This document shows positions 1 to 9,666 of a stretch of DNA of 48,036 nucleotides, piece after piece (position 1 is the first letter of the stretch; every line of letters starts with the position of its first letter). Source of the DNA: a virus (lineage: Duplodnaviria; Caudoviricetes). Below the pieces are notes generated by a model. That model saw nothing but the letters and a program-made list of their open reading frames with translations. It was not told the origin of the DNA and did not search any database. Location of the stretch: positions 1 through 48,036 of IMG/VR virus record IMGVR_UViG_3300042199_000477; one strand, given 5' to 3'. The translations under genes and the position numbers were made by a program.

Positions 1-353
1 CCGAGGGCGGCGTCGCCCGGTCGCTCGGCACGGGCATCGCGCAGTTGAATCGCGACATCGACATCCGGGCCGCCGAGTCGCAGTTGGCGGGCGAAGAGCA
101 GGCGGCGCGCATGCTGGCCGCTTTGCTCGGGATCGAGCAGCAGCCGACGCGCGACCTAGCCAACGCCTACCTCGGTCAAGGGGCGGCGATCGCATCGACG
201 CCCGATCCGTGGGCGGGCTTCTTCGAGAAGTCCGGCACGGCGTTGGCCGGCGCGGGCTCCAACGTCATGACGCTCCTCGAGCAGCGGCGTCGTGAGGCGG
301 AGCAAAAAGCGCAGTTCGATCAGATTTTGACGCAGATCATGGGGCCGAAGTGA
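1..353 (+). CDS. 3' part of small ejection/DNA-transfer protein (full copy 44592..45299)
   Basis: Identical to the end of 44592..45299; truncated by the window edge. Confidence 0.75.
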   Translation, partial: EGGVARSLGTGIAQLNRDIDIRAAESQLAGEEQAARMLAALLGIEQQPTRDLANAYLGQGAAIASTPDPWAGFFEKSGTALAGAGSNVMTLLEQRRREAEQKAQFDQILTQIMGPK

Positions 354-1636
354 TGCCTCCCTCCGACACGAGCGCCCCGCCGCCCGCCTTCGACGGCATC
401 CTGCAAGCGATTGCGATGGGATTCGCCGCCGGTTTCGGCGGGAAAAGCGTCGCCGATATGCAGGCGGAGCAGCGCCGCATGTCGTGGGAGGCGTGGCAGC
501 GCGAGCAAGACGCGAAACTGCGCCGTGAGGAAATGGACCGCAGCGATCGGCGGTTCCAGCAGCAACTCGACATGCAGCGGACGCAGCTCGAAATCGAGCA
601 ATCCCGGTACGAGCGGGAGGACGCGCGCCGCTTTGCCGAAGACCTGAGCCGCGGCCAAGCGCTCGGCATGTTGGCCCCGGTCGGGGAAGCGGAGTTCACC
701 GCGGCAATGGCTCGCGAGGGCCGCGCCGCAGACGAAGCGAGCCGGGCCGAAGCGCGCGCCGCGGACCAAGCGCAACGAGACAAGGAAGCGGCGGACGCGG
801 CGGCGTTCGGCGTTCAAGAAGGGCTTTTGCCGCAGGGCACCACGAGCTTTTCCCCGACGATTCTTCCGGCGCTGGTCAACAGTGCCGAACGGAAGTCGGC
901 GCAGGAGGATCGCAAGGCGGCGCGATACGACGCCAACAAGGCGCGCGAAGAGCAGATGGCCTTCGATATCTGGCGGACTTTGCGCCAAGAGGACCAGAAC
1001 ATCGAGCAGTTGGACAGCACGTTTCGGCAAGCCGCCGTGTCCGCCGCGCGAGACGACCTTATCAACGGGCGCACGACGTCGTTCGAGGGGTCGGTCGAAG
1101 CGTACATGCGACTCTTCGGCAAGGGCAAGGCGGCGTCCGCCAGCTCCTCCGACGTCGCCAAGATCATGGCGCAGATTCGCGGCGGCGACGTGGCGGCGGT
1201 GACCGCGCTGCAGAACGCGATGCCCGCTGCGGAGTCGCGGCCGGTGGCGGAGTCGAGGCCTGCGGCTGAATCGCGTCCGGTGGCTCCCGCCGCGGCCGAC
1301 ACGCGGCCTGCCGCGGGCACGATCCCGCCGGTCGGCAAGAAGCCGTCCGTGGTGTTGCGGGAGAAGGCGGATTCCAAAGTAAAAGCGCAGAAAACCGCAC
1401 AGCAAGAGGAGCGCGCCGGTTGGGTGCGAAAGTTCCTCTATAGCGAAGTTCCGCAAGAAGTTTTGGTGGCGATCGAAAACCGCCTTGGCGACAAGGCCGA
1501 CGAACAGGCGGTGATTGATGCGATTCTGAGCAATTGGGACGCCGCTTCGCGCCGTGCCAACCAGTCGCGCTCGCGTTCGTCGGCGGGACCGGCCACGATC
1601 GTTTTGGAAGCGGCCAAGGCCGCGGCTGGTAAGTGA
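350..1636 (+). CDS. Putative internal virion/ejection protein 2
   Basis: 428 aa, Ala/Gln/Glu-rich helical protein; second of three coupled genes after the tail genes, as in podovirus ejection operons. Confidence 0.6.
   Translation: MMPPSDTSAPPPAFDGILQAIAMGFAAGFGGKSVADMQAEQRRMSWEAWQREQDAKLRREEMDRSDRRFQQQLDMQRTQLEIEQSRYEREDARRFAEDLSRGQALGMLAPVGEAEFTAAMAREGRAADEASRAEARAADQAQRDKEAADAAAFGVQEGLLPQGTTSFSPTILPALVNSAERKSAQEDRKAARYDANKAREEQMAFDIWRTLRQEDQNIEQLDSTFRQAAVSAARDDLINGRTTSFEGSVEAYMRLFGKGKAASASSSDVAKIMAQIRGGDVAAVTALQNAMPAAESRPVAESRPAAESRPVAPAAADTRPAAGTIPPVGKKPSVVLREKADSKVKAQKTAQQEERAGWVRKFLYSEVPQEVLVAIENRLGDKADEQAVIDAILSNWDAASRRANQSRSRSSAGPATIVLEAAKAAAGK
1225..1311 (+). repeat. Degenerate 18-bp in-frame tandem repeat (AESRPV/AESRPA)
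   Basis: Translation AAESRPVAESRPAAESRPVAPAAADTRPA. Confidence 0.7.
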
Positions 1637-4600
1637 TGCCAGACCCCTTCAAACTTCCCGCTCTCGGCGGATTCACGACGCGCCAAGACGCGCTGGACGG
1701 ATACCGTCCGTCTGAGCTCGAAGTCCGCGCGGAGTTGGAGCAGCGAAAGAAGGACCAAGAGGACGGGCTGTTTACGACGATCCTCAAGACGCCGGAAACG
1801 CTCCTCGGGGCGCACGCGATTCGCGGATCGGTGCGCGGCATCGGAGAGCAGGGCACGTTCGAGGGGTTCGTCGAGGGCTTCTATCGCGGCCTGCCGACCA
1901 CCAAATTGACGGACTGGCTCGGCATCACCGAGGACCATTTTCGCGAGACGTATACCGCGGACATTCGCCGTGCGTTCGGAGACACCGACCAAAGCGGGAT
2001 GGGCAATTTCGTGCTCAACCTCGCCGGGGACATCCTGACCGATCCGTCGTCGTTCGTGACGGCCTTCGGAAAGACGGCCAAGGGCGTTGCGGCGGGCATG
2101 GACATCGCGGCAGGCGTGGCGCAGGGGATCAAGAACGGCGAGCGCGCGGCGCTGGTCTTCAAGTTCCCTTGGATGGAGCGCATCGCGTTCGGGCTGCCCG
2201 TGCTCGATGCGTCGTTCCGAAAGATGGGCTTCCAGTCGCTTTCGCTGAACATCGCGGAAGGGCTCGATTCGTGGGCCGGATGGATGCGCACCGGCCCCCT
2301 CAACGGCATCACGCGCGCGCTGACGTCCCAAGCGATCGGCATTTCCGATCCGGAGCAAGCCCGGGCGATTAAGCGTCTCGGCGAGCAGTTGCGAGGCACT
2401 CGCGCGGGCGTCGAGTCGGCGTTCCTCCAAGTCTTTGCGCAGACGCCTAAGGAGGCGCAAGAGTTCCTGCTGAGTTCGCCCGCGGCGCAGCGCGTCGTGC
2501 TGGAAATGCGCGAGCGAGGGCTGGCGTCGTTCGACGACATCCACCAGCTGAAAGCGATCCTCGAGCAACCGGCGATGGTTCCGATTACGCCCGATTGGGT
2601 GCAGATCGCGGATCGCACCGCCGGGGTCGGCGACATTGCGACGCCGCTCGAGAAGGCGCGCGCCGACGTCGCTTCCTCGGTGGCGATGCAAGAGGCGCGC
2701 ACGATCGAAGGCGCTCGCGAGTCGGTTCTACGCGACGTCGACGAAGTCATGGCGGCGATCGACGCTTCGCAGGCGGGCGGCGGGAAACTTCGCGAAGGGC
2801 TCGACAAGTACCTCGTGAACGCCGTCGGCTTCATGCGGAAGCTCGGCGACAAGGAAGTAGCCGAAGGCATCCTGAACGGGATGTTTGAACACTACGTTCC
2901 GCGGCACGTGACGGACGAAGCGCGCAAGCTCATCAACGCGCGGTTCGATGCGGCGATTCAAGGGGCCGGATCGGGGCTCAATCGCATCGAAGCGTTCATG
3001 CGCGGTCGCAAGTTCACGGACCTCACTACGGTGGAAGCGAACGCCGTGGTGCGCGAGCTCGGCACGCGCGCGACCGGCTACGTCCCGCTCGACGACATCG
3101 CCAAACTGGCGGAGCAAGAAGCCGGGTTCTTCACCAAGATTTTCGACGCGGATTTCGTCAAGCAGTTGCGCAAGGTCGACGACGACGCGGCCGACTTCTT
3201 CAACGTCAACCCGATTTTCGCGGACCTCTTGCGGGCGCGCGCTTCGGGGCAGGCGCTCGGCTCGGCGAACTTCCGCCGCAACGCTCTTCGCGCGATCTCG
3301 AAGGGCGACTTCGCCGCGCGAGATTTGGCGGCGCGGGCGCAAGAAATCCAGCAGTTGAGCGACAAGGGCTACGTGGCCGTCGTCGAGGGCAAGGGCGGCC
3401 GCCTCGAGCGCGTTGCGGAAGACACCTTCGTCGCGGAGCAATTCGGTCGCGACGGAAATTCGCGGTTCTTGCTCCATCGCGATCGCCTGCGCGATCACGT
3501 GGACGGACTCATCGACGCCGAAGGCGCGGACTTCGACAAAACGGTCGCCGGTCTGGAAAAGGCCCGCGACATCGGGCACGTCGCGGGCGCCCCGACGAAG
3601 CCGAAGCGCGCGGGCCTGCTACCGAAGGGCACGCGCCGCCCGATGTCGGAAGAGGAGTTGCTGAACGCCGACCTGCGCGTTTACGACAACGACGACGCCG
3701 CCACGGTGATGATGAAGCAGGCGCTCGTCGATCAACGGCTGGCGATTCAAGAGCGGAACCTGTTGCGGCAGGCTCGCGAGCTCAATGCGTCCGGCGAGAC
3801 GGCCTTTGTCGGCACGAAGGGCGGCGGGGCGCAGCGGAATTTCACGGCCGATACGGTCGTGCGCGATGCGCGGCAGCGCGCGGCGGCGCGACTCGAATCG
3901 GCCAAGACCGCCGAGGCCGAACTCGAGGCGGTGCGGCAGTCGATCGTCGGAATCGACGATGAATTAGCCGCGCTCGCGGAGGCGGACCGCAAGGCCACCG
4001 AGGCGGCCAAGGCCGCCTTCGTGGGCGGCGAAAAGGTCCGCAAGACGGCAGCCCGGGCGGAGCGGTCCGGCCAAGCCGCGGATCGCGCCTTCGGCGCCGC
4101 GGACGTCCGGCAGACCGAAGCCGCCGACCTCGCGGCCGAGCGGGCCGGTCGGAATTTTCAGTTCTACTCGCGGCAGGCCGACGAAGCCTCTGGCGCGATT
4201 CCTGAGCTCGCGGGACGGGTCGATGCGGCAGAACTCGCGGCATCGTCCGCGGCCGAACGAGCGGCCGTCCTGCGGGCGGAGCGGGCCGCCTTGGAAAAGG
4301 ACGCGGCCATTCTCGCGTCCTTCAAGGACGACTTAGCGATTGCGAAGAATCCGAAGGCCATCGAAACGCTGGTCGAGCGCGAGTTGCGCGAGCGCGCCGC
4401 AGACGTCCGGGAGCGCCTGTCGCGGGCCAAGCTCAACACGCAAAGCACGCGCGCGGCGATTCAGTCGCAGATCGACGAACTCTCCGATGAATTCCGAGAG
4501 TACGCGACGTCGGTTTACGGCGACCTGCGCGCCGCTGAAAAGCATCTTGCACACCTGAAAAAGCTCGGCACGCACGGAAGCGTCGCCGCGCGCCAAATTC

Positions 4601-6306
4601 GTGAGTACCGCCGCGCCGCACGCGAGGGCCTGATTCCATTCCAAGCGCTCGACCCCAAGCAGCAGGCGGCGATCGTGCGGCGCTCTCCGGACGCGCGGGT
4701 GCATTTCGTGGACCAGCGCGACCTGAACGCGGTCACCGAGTACCACCGCGACCTCACGCGGCCCGACCCGCTGCGCAAGTATGCCGTGGTGCGCGGGCTC
4801 GATTCGGTCACGTCGCTCTGGAAGGCATGGACGGTCGGCAACATCGCGTTCTTCAACGGCCGCGTGCGCGACGCCATCACGGGCTTCGCGACCCTGTCCA
4901 TCGGCCGCGGCGCGCCGGTGTCGCGCTCGGCCGTGTGGGACGCGCAGGCGACCGCCCGGGCCTTCAAGCGCGTCATGGCGGGGCACGGGACGATTGAAGA
5001 GCTCGGAGCCAAGGTTGCGATCAAGGGCGTTCCGGCGGAGTTCTCGACCGCCGATCGCGTGCTGACGTTCCTGTCCGACAACGGCGTGCTCGATTCCGGG
5101 CTCATTCGCGACGCCGTCATGGAATCGTCGGCGACCGCGGTGCGGGCGGGCGGCGCGACGCCGTGGACCGACTTTTTCTCCCGCAAGATTTTCTCGCCGT
5201 CTCCGACCACCAATCCGTTGACGCGGAAGGGCTACGAGGTCGCCAATTTCGGGGACAATTGGGTCAAAATCACGGGATTCATCGACGGCTTGAAGCGCGG
5301 CGAGACGCCGCAACAAGCGCTCGATTTCGTGCGGCGCAACACCTACACGCCCCGCGCCAACGCCACCACGTTCATGAAGTCCAAGGTGGCGCGCGCGTTC
5401 CCGTTCGGGGAGTTTGCGTCGTGGGCGATGGCCACCACGGTGCGGCAGTTCATCGAGAAGCCCGGCACCGTTTCGTGGATCGAGAAGATGCAGCGCAACG
5501 CGGCGACGTCCGTGGGCGTCTCCGATGACATGGAGCGCATCCTTCCCGACTTCGTCAAGGACGGGCTCGGGGTGCCGTACAAGAAGACGCCCGCCGGTCC
5601 GGCCTACTTCCTCTTCGGCGGATACCTTCCCGCGGCCGAACTTTCCAAGCTCGCCTCGGCGCTCGAGTCGATCGGGAAGCCGGTCGAGGAGGGGAAGGCG
5701 GGGCCGGTCTACCGCTACTTGGTCGGCCAGCTCAACCCGATCGCGAAACTCTCGATCGAGCTCTTGGTCAACAGCGACTCGTTTTCGGGAGCGGAGATCG
5801 AAGCCTACGAGGGGCAGGCCAAGGAGATGTTCGGCGTCGCCGTTCCGGCCAAGGTCTACCAGACGTTCCGGCAAATCCGGCTTCTTTCGGAGCTTGATCG
5901 CCTGAACGTCATCAACTTGGACCAAGCCAGGCTGATGGTCAACGCCGTCGAGCGTGGCCAGAAACTCGGATCGCGCGAGGAATTGCCGATCGCGGAGCGG
6001 TTGGCGAGTTCGGCTTTCGGCGTGCTTCCGAAGCAGTACCAGATCGACGCCGCGGAGCAGGTCCGCGAGGCGCGGCGCCACGACCAGAACCGACGTTCTG
6101 CGGCCGCCGCGCGGCTTCGTGGGCAACTGGAGAACGCGCCACCCGGGGCGAAGCGCGACGCCAACATCGAGGCGCTGCGGAAAGAGCTCATCGAGGGCGC
6201 CGCCGACGCCGCACAGACGGAAGCCGCCGCCCGGGAATACGGAGCGGAGCAGAAGATTCAAAGCCGATCGCGGGCCACCTTGGGGTTCGGACGCATCGGT
6301 CGCTGA
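1633..6306 (+). CDS. Large internal virion/ejection protein
   Basis: 1557 aa, mostly helical with a coiled-coil middle; the C-terminal LNPIAKLSIELLVNSDSFSG segment resembles large podovirus internal proteins; position in the operon. Confidence 0.65.
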   Translation: MMPDPFKLPALGGFTTRQDALDGYRPSELEVRAELEQRKKDQEDGLFTTILKTPETLLGAHAIRGSVRGIGEQGTFEGFVEGFYRGLPTTKLTDWLGITEDHFRETYTADIRRAFGDTDQSGMGNFVLNLAGDILTDPSSFVTAFGKTAKGVAAGMDIAAGVAQGIKNGERAALVFKFPWMERIAFGLPVLDASFRKMGFQSLSLNIAEGLDSWAGWMRTGPLNGITRALTSQAIGISDPEQARAIKRLGEQLRGTRAGVESAFLQVFAQTPKEAQEFLLSSPAAQRVVLEMRERGLASFDDIHQLKAILEQPAMVPITPDWVQIADRTAGVGDIATPLEKARADVASSVAMQEARTIEGARESVLRDVDEVMAAIDASQAGGGKLREGLDKYLVNAVGFMRKLGDKEVAEGILNGMFEHYVPRHVTDEARKLINARFDAAIQGAGSGLNRIEAFMRGRKFTDLTTVEANAVVRELGTRATGYVPLDDIAKLAEQEAGFFTKIFDADFVKQLRKVDDDAADFFNVNPIFADLLRARASGQALGSANFRRNALRAISKGDFAARDLAARAQEIQQLSDKGYVAVVEGKGGRLERVAEDTFVAEQFGRDGNSRFLLHRDRLRDHVDGLIDAEGADFDKTVAGLEKARDIGHVAGAPTKPKRAGLLPKGTRRPMSEEELLNADLRVYDNDDAATVMMKQALVDQRLAIQERNLLRQARELNASGETAFVGTKGGGAQRNFTADTVVRDARQRAAARLESAKTAEAELEAVRQSIVGIDDELAALAEADRKATEAAKAAFVGGEKVRKTAARAERSGQAADRAFGAADVRQTEAADLAAERAGRNFQFYSRQADEASGAIPELAGRVDAAELAASSAAERAAVLRAERAALEKDAAILASFKDDLAIAKNPKAIETLVERELRERAADVRERLSRAKLNTQSTRAAIQSQIDELSDEFREYATSVYGDLRAAEKHLAHLKKLGTHGSVAARQIREYRRAAREGLIPFQALDPKQQAAIVRRSPDARVHFVDQRDLNAVTEYHRDLTRPDPLRKYAVVRGLDSVTSLWKAWTVGNIAFFNGRVRDAITGFATLSIGRGAPVSRSAVWDAQATARAFKRVMAGHGTIEELGAKVAIKGVPAEFSTADRVLTFLSDNGVLDSGLIRDAVMESSATAVRAGGATPWTDFFSRKIFSPSPTTNPLTRKGYEVANFGDNWVKITGFIDGLKRGETPQQALDFVRRNTYTPRANATTFMKSKVARAFPFGEFASWAMATTVRQFIEKPGTVSWIEKMQRNAATSVGVSDDMERILPDFVKDGLGVPYKKTPAGPAYFLFGGYLPAAELSKLASALESIGKPVEEGKAGPVYRYLVGQLNPIAKLSIELLVNSDSFSGAEIEAYEGQAKEMFGVAVPAKVYQTFRQIRLLSELDRLNVINLDQARLMVNAVERGQKLGSREELPIAERLASSAFGVLPKQYQIDAAEQVREARRHDQNRRSAAAARLRGQLENAPPGAKRDANIEALRKELIEGAADAAQTEAAAREYGAEQKIQSRSRATLGFGRIGR

Positions 6307-6371
6307 TACCATGCCGACGCGGCCCGTGCGCTCGGTCGGCTGAGGGCCGGTCGATCGGGAGCACGGGCCGC
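6304..6371 (+). promoter_or_regulatory. Possible extended -10 promoter (TGATACCAT) followed by a long leader hairpin
   Basis: TG-n-TACCAT at 6304-6312; perfect 11-bp stem GCGGCCCGTGC 6319-6329 / GCACGGGCCGC 6361-6371; GGAG RBS before ATG 6391. Confidence 0.5.
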
Positions 6372-6390
6372 GAAGGCGCTTGGAGTCGTC

Positions 6391-6744
6391 ATGAGCATTC
6401 GGTCGAAGTCCGGAAACCCGTGGACCTCCCGGTTTAGCCTCGCGGGTACTACCGCCGCGTCGCTGACCTACTCGGAGGCGACCGGGGACGGATATGCGGG
6501 CGTCAACACGGTGATTCTGACCTCGGACACCGACGTCGAAATCACCGCCAAGTGGGGCGCCGCCGCGCCGACCACGGATGGCACGGCCGCCACCCCGGTG
6601 GCGGGCTACTCCTACTGGATCGGCCCGTCGCACGGTCCAGCGGTCATCGCCTGCGAAGACCGCCAAACGTCGCTCGGGGTTTACAACCTCTCTGCGTCGA
6701 CCGCGATCATTCACGCGATCGGCCTGTACGCCTCGGTCGGCTGA
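6391..6744 (+). CDS. Hypothetical beta-rich virion-associated protein
   Basis: 117 aa, Thr/Ser/Gly/Ala-rich, RBS GGAG, directly upstream of the spike gene. Confidence 0.6.
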   Translation: MSIRSKSGNPWTSRFSLAGTTAASLTYSEATGDGYAGVNTVILTSDTDVEITAKWGAAAPTTDGTAATPVAGYSYWIGPSHGPAVIACEDRQTSLGVYNLSASTAIIHAIGLYASVG

Positions 6745-6747
6745 GCA

Positions 6748-8190
6748 ATGGCGACCTACTACGTCTCGACGACGGGCAGCGATGCCGCGAACGGGTCGGA
6801 GGCGACGCCGTGGGCGACCGTTGCTCACGCTTGCGCTACGGCGTCCGCCAACGACACGATCATCGTTTCGGAAGGGACGTACACGGATGCGGTTGCCATC
6901 GCGGTTTCCGGCTTGACGGTTCGCGGTGCGACGGGGCAAGCGAAGCCGATCATTTACGGCGGCGCGGCGGTGGCCGGATCGTGGGTCAATCACGCCGGTA
7001 ACGTGTGGAAGATCACTTCCTACGCCAGCGATCCGCAAGCGTTGATCTTCCGGCCTACGTCAACGACGTGGGTTAAGGGCGATCGGCGCGATTCCGTCTT
7101 GGAACTCGACGCGGAATACAAGTGGTACTACGATTCGGGAGCGACGACGCTTTACGTCTACGCGGCGACGACTCCCGCGACGCGGTACTACCGGGTGGAC
7201 AACACTTCGCAGACCGGAACCTCAGGGTTGTACGCCAACAGCGGCGGCGTTTACTTGCTGACGGCTGACGACGTGACTTTGGAAGGGCTGGCCGTCTATG
7301 GGTGGGACGGAAACGGCGTCCTTGGCGACGATTGCGACAGCCTGACGATTCGCGACTGCGACCTTTCCTACAACTCGGAAGACGGTTGCGGCGGATACAA
7401 CCTGCCCAGTTTCACGGTGTTCCGCTCGCGGTGCTGCTGGAACGGGACGCGCAAAGCGCGATCGTTGCCGGAGCTACTGACGGACGGCGACGGGGTATCG
7501 ACGCACAAGGGCGGAGCGATGGGGGCCGGGGCTCCGAACTTCTTGGTTTCCAAGTGCTATTTCGAGGGGAATACCAAGAGCGCGGTGCAGAACATCAACA
7601 ACTCCGCCGGGGTCGTTGAGCGGTGCTTGTCCGTCTCGTGCAATCTCAACTTCGTCATCAACGCGGTAGACGCCGGTAGCGAGCAAACGGTGCGATCGTG
7701 CAAGGTGGTTTGCAACGCGAGCGACCTTGGCGGCATCGGCGCGTCAACGTCGGATCGCGGCAACTTCTACGGATGCACCGTCTACGGCGCCGCCGCTTCC
7801 GGGGTGGCCGGGTTCTTCGTGCTGAGCGGCACGGTTTACTTGGTGAACTGCATCATCACGAACTTCGATGTGGGGGTGTCGGTGTTGGCGGGCACGCTGA
7901 ACCACACCTACAACTGCTTCGGCGGCAACACCTCGGTAGGCGTCGTGCTGTCTACCGGCGAAATCACCACCAACCCTGCGCTGTCCGGCACCAGCAACGG
8001 GCAGTTCGGAATCCTCCGCACGTCGCCGTGCTTCAACACGGGGACCGATCTTTCCGGCTCCGGCGTCACGCATGACTTTTCCGGCAAGCGCAAGAGCGCG
8101 ACCGCGAAGTCGATGGGTGCGATGGAGCCTTCGCGGGCCGGTGGATCGTTGCTCTTGTCCGCTCTCTTTGCCGAAATGGACATCCTATGA
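6748..8190 (+). CDS. Right-handed beta-helix (pectin-lyase-like) tailspike/depolymerase
   Basis: N-terminal YYVSTTGSD..NG...PWATV motif, parallel beta-helix repeats (DDVTLEG, LTIRDCDLSYN, NCIITN) and a C-terminal SPCFNTG...MGAME segment. Confidence 0.8.
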   Translation: MATYYVSTTGSDAANGSEATPWATVAHACATASANDTIIVSEGTYTDAVAIAVSGLTVRGATGQAKPIIYGGAAVAGSWVNHAGNVWKITSYASDPQALIFRPTSTTWVKGDRRDSVLELDAEYKWYYDSGATTLYVYAATTPATRYYRVDNTSQTGTSGLYANSGGVYLLTADDVTLEGLAVYGWDGNGVLGDDCDSLTIRDCDLSYNSEDGCGGYNLPSFTVFRSRCCWNGTRKARSLPELLTDGDGVSTHKGGAMGAGAPNFLVSKCYFEGNTKSAVQNINNSAGVVERCLSVSCNLNFVINAVDAGSEQTVRSCKVVCNASDLGGIGASTSDRGNFYGCTVYGAAASGVAGFFVLSGTVYLVNCIITNFDVGVSVLAGTLNHTYNCFGGNTSVGVVLSTGEITTNPALSGTSNGQFGILRTSPCFNTGTDLSGSGVTHDFSGKRKSATAKSMGAMEPSRAGGSLLLSALFAEMDIL

Positions 8191-8429
8191 TGGCTCCGGA
8201 CACGGTCGTGCCTGACGACCCAAGCATCAAGTGGATGCTCGGGACTCTGATCGTGATTCTCGGCGCCCTCTTGGCCTACGTGGTCAAGGCGGTCGTCGAT
8301 CGCATCGGTCCCGGGCAAGAGAAGGTCGTCGACGGATTGAAAGACTTGGTCGCCGCGGTGAAGGAAAACACCGGGGTTTTGAAAGACCTCAACGAAACCG
8401 CACGAGATCGGGACCGAGCGCGCGTATGA
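8187..8429 (+). CDS. Holin-like single-TM membrane protein
   Basis: TM segment WMLGTLIVILGALLAYVV plus coiled-coil tail; lysis-cassette position. Confidence 0.55.
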   Translation: MMAPDTVVPDDPSIKWMLGTLIVILGALLAYVVKAVVDRIGPGQEKVVDGLKDLVAAVKENTGVLKDLNETARDRDRARV

Positions 8430-8439
8430 TCCCGCCCGC

Positions 8440-8721
8440 ATGGAATGGGCAGGTGTCGCGATTCTAACCGCAATCGTCGCATACCTTTCGCTTCGCGTTC
8501 GTCGCCTTGAGCGCGACCTGCGAAGTCTTCATTTGCGGTGGCACGATGCGGCCAGCCGCGCGATGCGGCGGCATCGACGCGAGCGGTACTTTCGGCGGCA
8601 AGTGGACGGGATTCTGCGCATCGTCTGCCGAGAAACGCTGCCGGGGCTCGACGTGCCAGACTTGCTGGAAGGACCGCCGGACGATCCCGACACGCCCACC
8701 GGCGATTCCGACATGCTATAA
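8440..8721 (+). CDS. Small membrane-anchored protein (lysis region)
   Basis: N-terminal hydrophobic helix followed by a basic region. Confidence 0.5.
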   Translation: MEWAGVAILTAIVAYLSLRVRRLERDLRSLHLRWHDAASRAMRRHRRERYFRRQVDGILRIVCRETLPGLDVPDLLEGPPDDPDTPTGDSDML

Positions 8722-8791
8722 TCTGCCCGCCGAGTCGCGCGACCGCCAAATGAACTCCGGGCGGCAAGGTGAGACTTGGGCGCGGCTCGGC
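8714..8791 (+). promoter_or_regulatory. Extended -10 promoter TGCTATAAT with structured 5' leader
   Basis: TG-n-TATAAT at 8714-8722; 12-bp stem 8729-8740/8780-8791 (one G-U) enclosing two small hairpins. Confidence 0.55.
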
Positions 8792-8800
8792 CCTCAAACC

Positions 8801-9394
8801 ATGAAAACCACCATTCTGTTCGTGTGCCTCCTGATGGGAGGATCGTGCGCCTCGGAGTACGCCTTGGTCGCCGCGCAGCACAACGCGCAACTGACCAGCG
8901 CGCGCAACGCGGAGTTCCGCGATTTCGTGCTTGCCGTCGATGCCCGACAACGCACGTCACTCGAGCGCGAGCTCGACCTGATCGTGCAGATCGGCGAAGC
9001 GGCGATCGAAGCGAAGTTCGCCCGCGATCTCGCGGACGCCTCGGCCGTCGTGGCGCCGGCTGGCGGAGCCGGTTCGCCCTCGGCGGGCGCGTCGCGACCG
9101 TCCGGGCAACTCGACGACGGCGCGCCCGCGTTGCGCGTGGTCGAGGTCGGAACCGTCTCGCGCCTCGTCGCGCAACAGAACGCCGACCGCGCCGCGACCC
9201 GCGCGGCCGTCGCAGCCAAGCGCCGGGAAATCACAGCTCAGCTTGATCGCGAGCTCCGCGCGTGGCTTGACGATCCGAAGGGGCGACAGCAGGACCGCAT
9301 CGCCGCGGCGATGGAGGTCTACGCGCGGCAGGAATCCGAGTTCGCGCGCTTCATGAAGGACACCGGCGCCAAGATCGGGGTGAACATCCAATGA
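8801..9394 (+). CDS. Putative lipoprotein with coiled coil (possibly spanin-like)
   Basis: Start re-assigned to ATG 8801: signal peptide MKTTILFVCLLMGGS-C with lipobox-like Cys, then a helical body. Confidence 0.55.
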   Translation: MKTTILFVCLLMGGSCASEYALVAAQHNAQLTSARNAEFRDFVLAVDARQRTSLERELDLIVQIGEAAIEAKFARDLADASAVVAPAGGAGSPSAGASRPSGQLDDGAPALRVVEVGTVSRLVAQQNADRAATRAAVAAKRREITAQLDRELRAWLDDPKGRQQDRIAAAMEVYARQESEFARFMKDTGAKIGVNIQ

Positions 9395-9666
9395 CCTACA
9401 GCGACGACGAAGTGCTCAAGGCGGCCCGGGTTTTGTTGACGGCGCGGCTCGAGCGGGGGCCGGTCGGAGAGGTTCCGGACGCCGTCTCCGCGGCGCTCGG
9501 CCTCGTCACGCTGCCGCAGGACGACGCGATCGCGCGCGGGCCGCGGTCCGTGCTGACGGACGAAGAAGTCGCCAAGAACTTGGCGGCGCTCGCGCAAGAC
9601 GTCCAGCGCGCCGATTTGAAGCTCGGTCTGGTGCGCAAGGCGTTTAGCCTCTTCGGGCTGGCGTGA
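9391..9666 (+). CDS. Hypothetical protein
   Basis: 91 aa, ATGA-coupled to the upstream gene. Confidence 0.6.
   Translation: MTYSDDEVLKAARVLLTARLERGPVGEVPDAVSAALGLVTLPQDDAIARGPRSVLTDEEVAKNLAALAQDVQRADLKLGLVRKAFSLFGLA

Larger units (their letters stand above)
1..3090. repeat. Terminal direct repeat copy 1 (circular overlap), repeated at 44947..48036
   Basis: ORFs recur at a constant offset of 44946. No differences noticed before 2085; about 35 substitutions by manual comparison between 2085 and 2964. Confidence 0.97.

Noticed and set aside
6739-6753. GGCTGAGCAATGGCG shared with 38674-38688
   Set aside because: Largely explained by Gly-stop-GCA-Met-Ala gene junctions; only two copies.
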